From Amoebophrya sp. A120 (Eukaryota > Protista > Dinoflagellata): a stretch of 64,000 nucleotides of DNA. Below are positions 60,701 to 64,000 of this stretch, piece by piece (position 1 is the first letter of the stretch; every line of letters starts with the position of its first letter). The stretch is taken from contig CAJINV010000004.1 in NCBI GenBank assembly GCA_905178155.1, forward strand, positions 4,334,518 through 4,398,517, read 5' to 3'. The position numbers and the translations under genes were made by a program. Below the pieces are notes generated by a model. It had not been told where the DNA came from. It made no database searches and saw only the letters and a list, made by a program, of their open reading frames with translations.

Positions 60701-63700
60701 AAAGCAGCGTTCCAGGGGGACGGGCCCGGCCTCGGCAAGGGCGGCGAAGGGCCACCCCAGTTGTCCGGGAAGAAAGGCTATGATTTGCAAAAGTATCGTA
60801 CTAGTAGGAATTGCATTACAAATTTCCGCAGGAGCATGAATATTGCAATTTGTGATGCTGATTGACCTTAGGAAAAAGATTTGTAATGCATAACTGCAAT
60901 TAGTACGAGCACGACAATTTTGCAGTGCATAAGGGCAACGCATACGCGCTCCCGGATGAACCGGTTTCGAAGTGGAAGCCGGAGATTATGGCATTCTCAA
61001 ACGTTACATTCTCATACTGATACATGATTTGTCATGCAAAAGTGCCTCGACTATCGACACCATCAAGCTGCTTCGCATGACAAATTCCCAGGAGGCCAAC
61101 CAGGCCGAGAATCTGTGCCAAGTCTGTCATGCAATACGCGCAAGGTCCTTCCTTTCACTTTTGCCCCTCTTGCATCACAAATTCATGTAAACAGTTGAGA
61201 ATGTAACAATTGAGAATTCCATAGAGATGTCTCTGGACCGCCAGTTAGTGGATTATTTGAACATGAAGCGACACGGAAATTTGAATCGGTACCTGGTTAT
61301 CAAATGCAAATATGTCTGGGTCTGGAAGGATGCAACCTTGTGATGCGTGTTGCGAATCATACAAAAATCTGTGTTGCATGACTTGCAAAAGCTGTCCATT
61401 TCTGGCAATGCTGAGAGAGCATTTCTCATGCAGAATAGGCATCACCAAGGGGCTGCAGCACCTGTGATGCTATTCCCTGCATTGCAGACTTGGCGGAGCT
61501 TGAAAAAACTGCATGACAAATCTTGGAATCTTTCAGACCCAGACATATTTGCATTTGATAATGTTCCTCTCAGGGCTGAACGACCACACCATGAACTGTG
61601 CGCAACTGCGCAGGGAGTTTGACTGGCCGCTGCTGGACGGATCCACCGCGATCTTGAGCATTTATGCATTGCAAATATGTTTACTTTGTCTGAGTCTGGA
61701 AGAATGCAACTTCCTTGTGATGCTGCATTTGGATTTGAAATACAAAAAAAAACTGTATTGCATCAGCAGCAAAGTAATTTTTGGTATACGGAGAGGGCAT
61801 TTGTCATCCGTAATAGGCATCAAGAAGGAGAAGAAGCCATCATCAAAGAAACGATGATGCTAGGGTATGCATCACTGACATGATGGCTCATGGCTCATGC
61901 AAAACGTGCATGATTCCAGACCCGGACATCTGATTTGCAATGGATAGCATCGAGCTGCACACCATGATGGGCAAGGACGTGGCGCACCTGGCCATGAAGG
62001 ACGTGAAGAGTGCGGTCCAGCTGAAAAAATACGTCGAAGAGAATCAAAGTTATCCTGTGCAAACGTATCGTACTCGTATTGCAATCATGCATTACAAATC
62101 CCTTTCTTAAGCTAAATCTGCATTACAAATTTTATTTCTCATGCTGCAGAAATTTGTATTGCGTTTATACGAATACGATACTTTTGCAATGTATAAAAGT
62201 CGGTATGGTACCACCCGCGTCGCGCACGCCGCACCACGAAAGGCCGGACGTACTTATTCATTTCATTTTATCCTGAGTAAAAACGTACCCACACCAGAGT
62301 CAGGATGGGGATTTTGCAACACAAACCTAGGAGTTTTGTGAGTCACGCATGACAAGTTGCGTTCTGCAGTGTAGTGCAGGTTAGCAAGTGCAGCCGCATC
62401 ACAGATTCATCGGCTCATCCTGTTCACAGCATCACAAATTCCAAAACACGATTGGAAATGGCTCTCATGGTGATGCGCATTACAAGTCTTCCTGTCTTTG
62501 CACATCTGCATTACAACTCTGGTGTGGGTACGTTTTTACTCAGGATACATTTATTTGGTTGATCATGATGAAAGTCATACCTAGCAATGAATTGGGCCAG
62601 TTCACGCGCAGTGGCGGTCTGCTCGTTCGGTGTGGGAGGTTGCTATGCCGTATCTTTTCTCGGCTGTGAGCGATGTGTCGCTTGTCTGTTGCGTATTGTA
62701 TACCCCAGGCACCGGGTCGTGGGGGCATGATGCATGGCCGGGGTGATTGTAGTTTGCTAGCCGGACAGGAGATTTTCTTCCGCTATTGATCACGGGCTGG
62801 GTTCCCGCGACTTCTTCCGCCGTCCTTTACTTAGGTTTGGTGGGCGGCGCCCGTCCAAATGGAAGTGTGCGACATGATGCGACTAGGTTGGATGTGGGGT
62901 TTCGCGGTATCCTCTTGTGGAGGGTGGCTCCGTTAATGTGGATAGACCACGGCTGAACCCCCAGAGCCAGCCAAGCGGCTGGCGGGATTTTGCCTATGGC
63001 GCGCGCTCCGTTCAGTTTGGTTGCCGCATTCCGGGAGTGGGTATTATAGGGTTCTCCATGGGGGAGCCCTGGTTTTGTTTACGTCGTTTGCCGCTGATGC
63101 CCACCGTTTGGGAGCAAGGGCTGCTCGCCTGGTTGTTTGCTCGGGTACTCACATACACTGCTCCTGCTCGAGTAGCAGATGTTCGCGCTTCAAGCATTGG
63201 TCGGCGAGGTGTGGGCTACGTGCGCTCGGCGCGGCGTTTCAGGGGCCCGGAGATAACGAGGAGTAGGCGCTTTTGGAAGCGAGTTTGTTCTGCCACTGGG
63301 TATGCTGTGCGGGTTGGATTCGGTCGGTTGCCTGTCTTCCCTTGGGGGTAAGTGGGGCTGGGGCTGGCGCTGTTCCCCCCATTCAGCCACCGGAGGTGGG
63401 GTTCTGGGGGGTCTTGCCCAGGGGGCCAGGTGGTGGTGGAGTGGGCCGTTCTCCGCTACGGAAGCTAGGCCCGGCCTGCTTCGCCCAGCCCCTTCAGGTT
63501 CAGGCTCGATCCAACGGGCCGCTTGGGTGTTGGCTCACTCTGTCTGAATAACACTCGGAAGGAACGCAGCGAAATGATTTCTTTAGTTGATGATCATGAT
63601 GAAAGTCATACCTAGAAGCAATAAATCCATCTTGATCGCTAGAAGCTGCAGGAGGTGAACCAATAATATCCACCACCATCTTCAATGGATGAGGTAATAA

Positions 63701-64000
63701 GAAATTGCATCAAAACTACTACAGCACTACCTTTGTTTTATTTTATGAATTTGTGATCAAGTTCTTGTCATGGCAGGAGCTATCCAATGTCCTCCACTTC
63801 AACTCGAGCAGGAGAGAAGTGTGGACGTAGCATGCAACAATAAATTATGAAAACGATATATACAGGAACGCTCTGGATCGGCGGTCTCCCGGCGGATTTC
63901 GAGCCGGAGCCGTGGTTTCTGAAGCCGTTAAAGATGCGGCTGGAACGTATCCCACGAAAAAATTGTGTCACTGTGACGGTTTTGCAAGATCTGCATTACA
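57702..64000 (+). CDS. Multi-RRM RNA-binding protein, 3'-partial; about 10 exonic introners plus GT-AG introns (59901-60207, 60359-60603, 62250-63865)
   Basis: Reconstructed RRM-like segments TLFVKGI...KRFSFL..TFKTTEAAAKC; RYLVLSGL...KDVAHLAMKDVKSAVQL...RVAHA; RTLWIGGLP; KG-rich linker. Junctions near 58525-58850 and 59150-59405 unresolved, so this could be two genes. Confidence 0.68.
57840..57991. mobile_element. Introner family B (reverse orientation), 152 bp
   Basis: Family B; DR accac/acccc. Confidence 0.9.
58063..58369. mobile_element. Introner family C, 307 bp
   Basis: Homologous to 4462-4771; DR aaggc/aaggc. Confidence 0.93.
58857..59065. mobile_element. Introner family E2, 209 bp
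   Basis: Homologous to 14677-14885; DR ctcac/ctcac. Confidence 0.92.
59557..59821. mobile_element. Introner with family A TIR (diverged), 265 bp
   Basis: tatcaaatgcaagcattatgcctgggtccggaa / ttccagacccagacatttttgcagtgcata; DR ataca/ataca. Confidence 0.88.
60779..60931. mobile_element. Introner family B (reverse orientation), 153 bp
   Basis: Family B; DR aaggc/agggc. Confidence 0.88.
60987..61223. mobile_element. Introner family J, 237 bp
   Basis: Homologous to 50940-51174; DR gagat/gagat. Confidence 0.92.
61298..61560. mobile_element. Introner family A, 263 bp
   Basis: Family A TIR; decayed DR ctggt/atgtt; removal of element + 5 nt is in frame. Confidence 0.88.
61663..61946. mobile_element. 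Introner family A (diverged), 284 bp
   Basis: Family A interior; DR gcatt/gcatc. Confidence 0.88.
62051..62195. mobile_element. Introner family B, 145 bp
   Basis: Family B; DR aaagt/aaagt. Confidence 0.92.
62269..62547. mobile_element. TIR element (family I), 279 bp, inside a GT-AG intron
   Basis: Perfect 32-bp TIR tatcctgagtaaaaacgtacccacaccagagt; DR cattt/cattt. Confidence 0.93.
62585..63590. mobile_element. G/T-rich insertion, 1006 bp, flanked by 25-bp direct repeats
   Basis: tgatcatgatgaaagtcatacctag at 62560-62584 and 63591-63615; composition differs sharply from the AT-rich flanking intron. Confidence 0.72.
63948..64000. mobile_element. Probable introner (family-E-like end), truncated by window end
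   Basis: Starts tatcccacgaaaaaattgtgtcactgtgac and contains gcattaca; other end not visible. Confidence 0.6.

Noticed and set aside
1090-61946. Recurring peptides in the ORF track (KMSGSGR, PDPDIF, FQTQT, CKNVWVWK, CKSIVLV, THPHPFFA) suggesting a repeated protein domain
   Set aside because: They are translations of introner TIRs in various frames and strands, not a protein family.
41819-63590. Transposase or reverse-transcriptase genes in the two large inserts or elsewhere in the window
   Set aside because: No DDE, YxDD, GIY-YIG or tyrosine-recombinase motifs recognised in any ORF.
1-64000. Interpreting the interrupted genes as TE-disrupted pseudogenes
   Set aside because: Exons stay open and motif-intact across up to ten insertions per gene, including old degenerate elements, which implies continued selection and precise removal.

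Overview
Gene-dense eukaryotic DNA. The architecture fits the parasitic dinoflagellate Amoebophrya (Syndiniales); this is an inference from gene structure, not a database match. About 14 protein-coding genes all lie on the + strand. Their reading frames are broken by about 45 short (mostly 109-321 bp) terminal-inverted-repeat elements from roughly 12 sequence families. Almost all start with TAT, end with ATA and sit between 5-bp direct repeats (DR). They occur in either orientation, lack GT-AG ends at the TIR boundaries, and removing element + 5 nt restores the ORF, so they are non-canonical introner/MITE-like introns; ordinary GT-AG introns coexist with them. Reconstructed genes include an exostosin/GT47 glycosyltransferase, a signal-peptide RING protein, a multi-RRM protein, a GT-like protein and a small membrane protein. 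Main points of interest: (1) a tandem paralog pair of large proteins with an N-terminal HicA-toxin-like RNase domain, one with intact G-S-H and no introns, the other degenerate with 4 introners; (2) an internal motif GCAT[G/C/T]ACAA shared by otherwise unrelated introner families; (3) a 5-nt excision register that holds even where the DR has decayed; (4) two larger non-coding insertions with 16-bp and 25-bp direct repeats, one nested inside an introner. All splice models were derived by hand and need RNA-seq confirmation.
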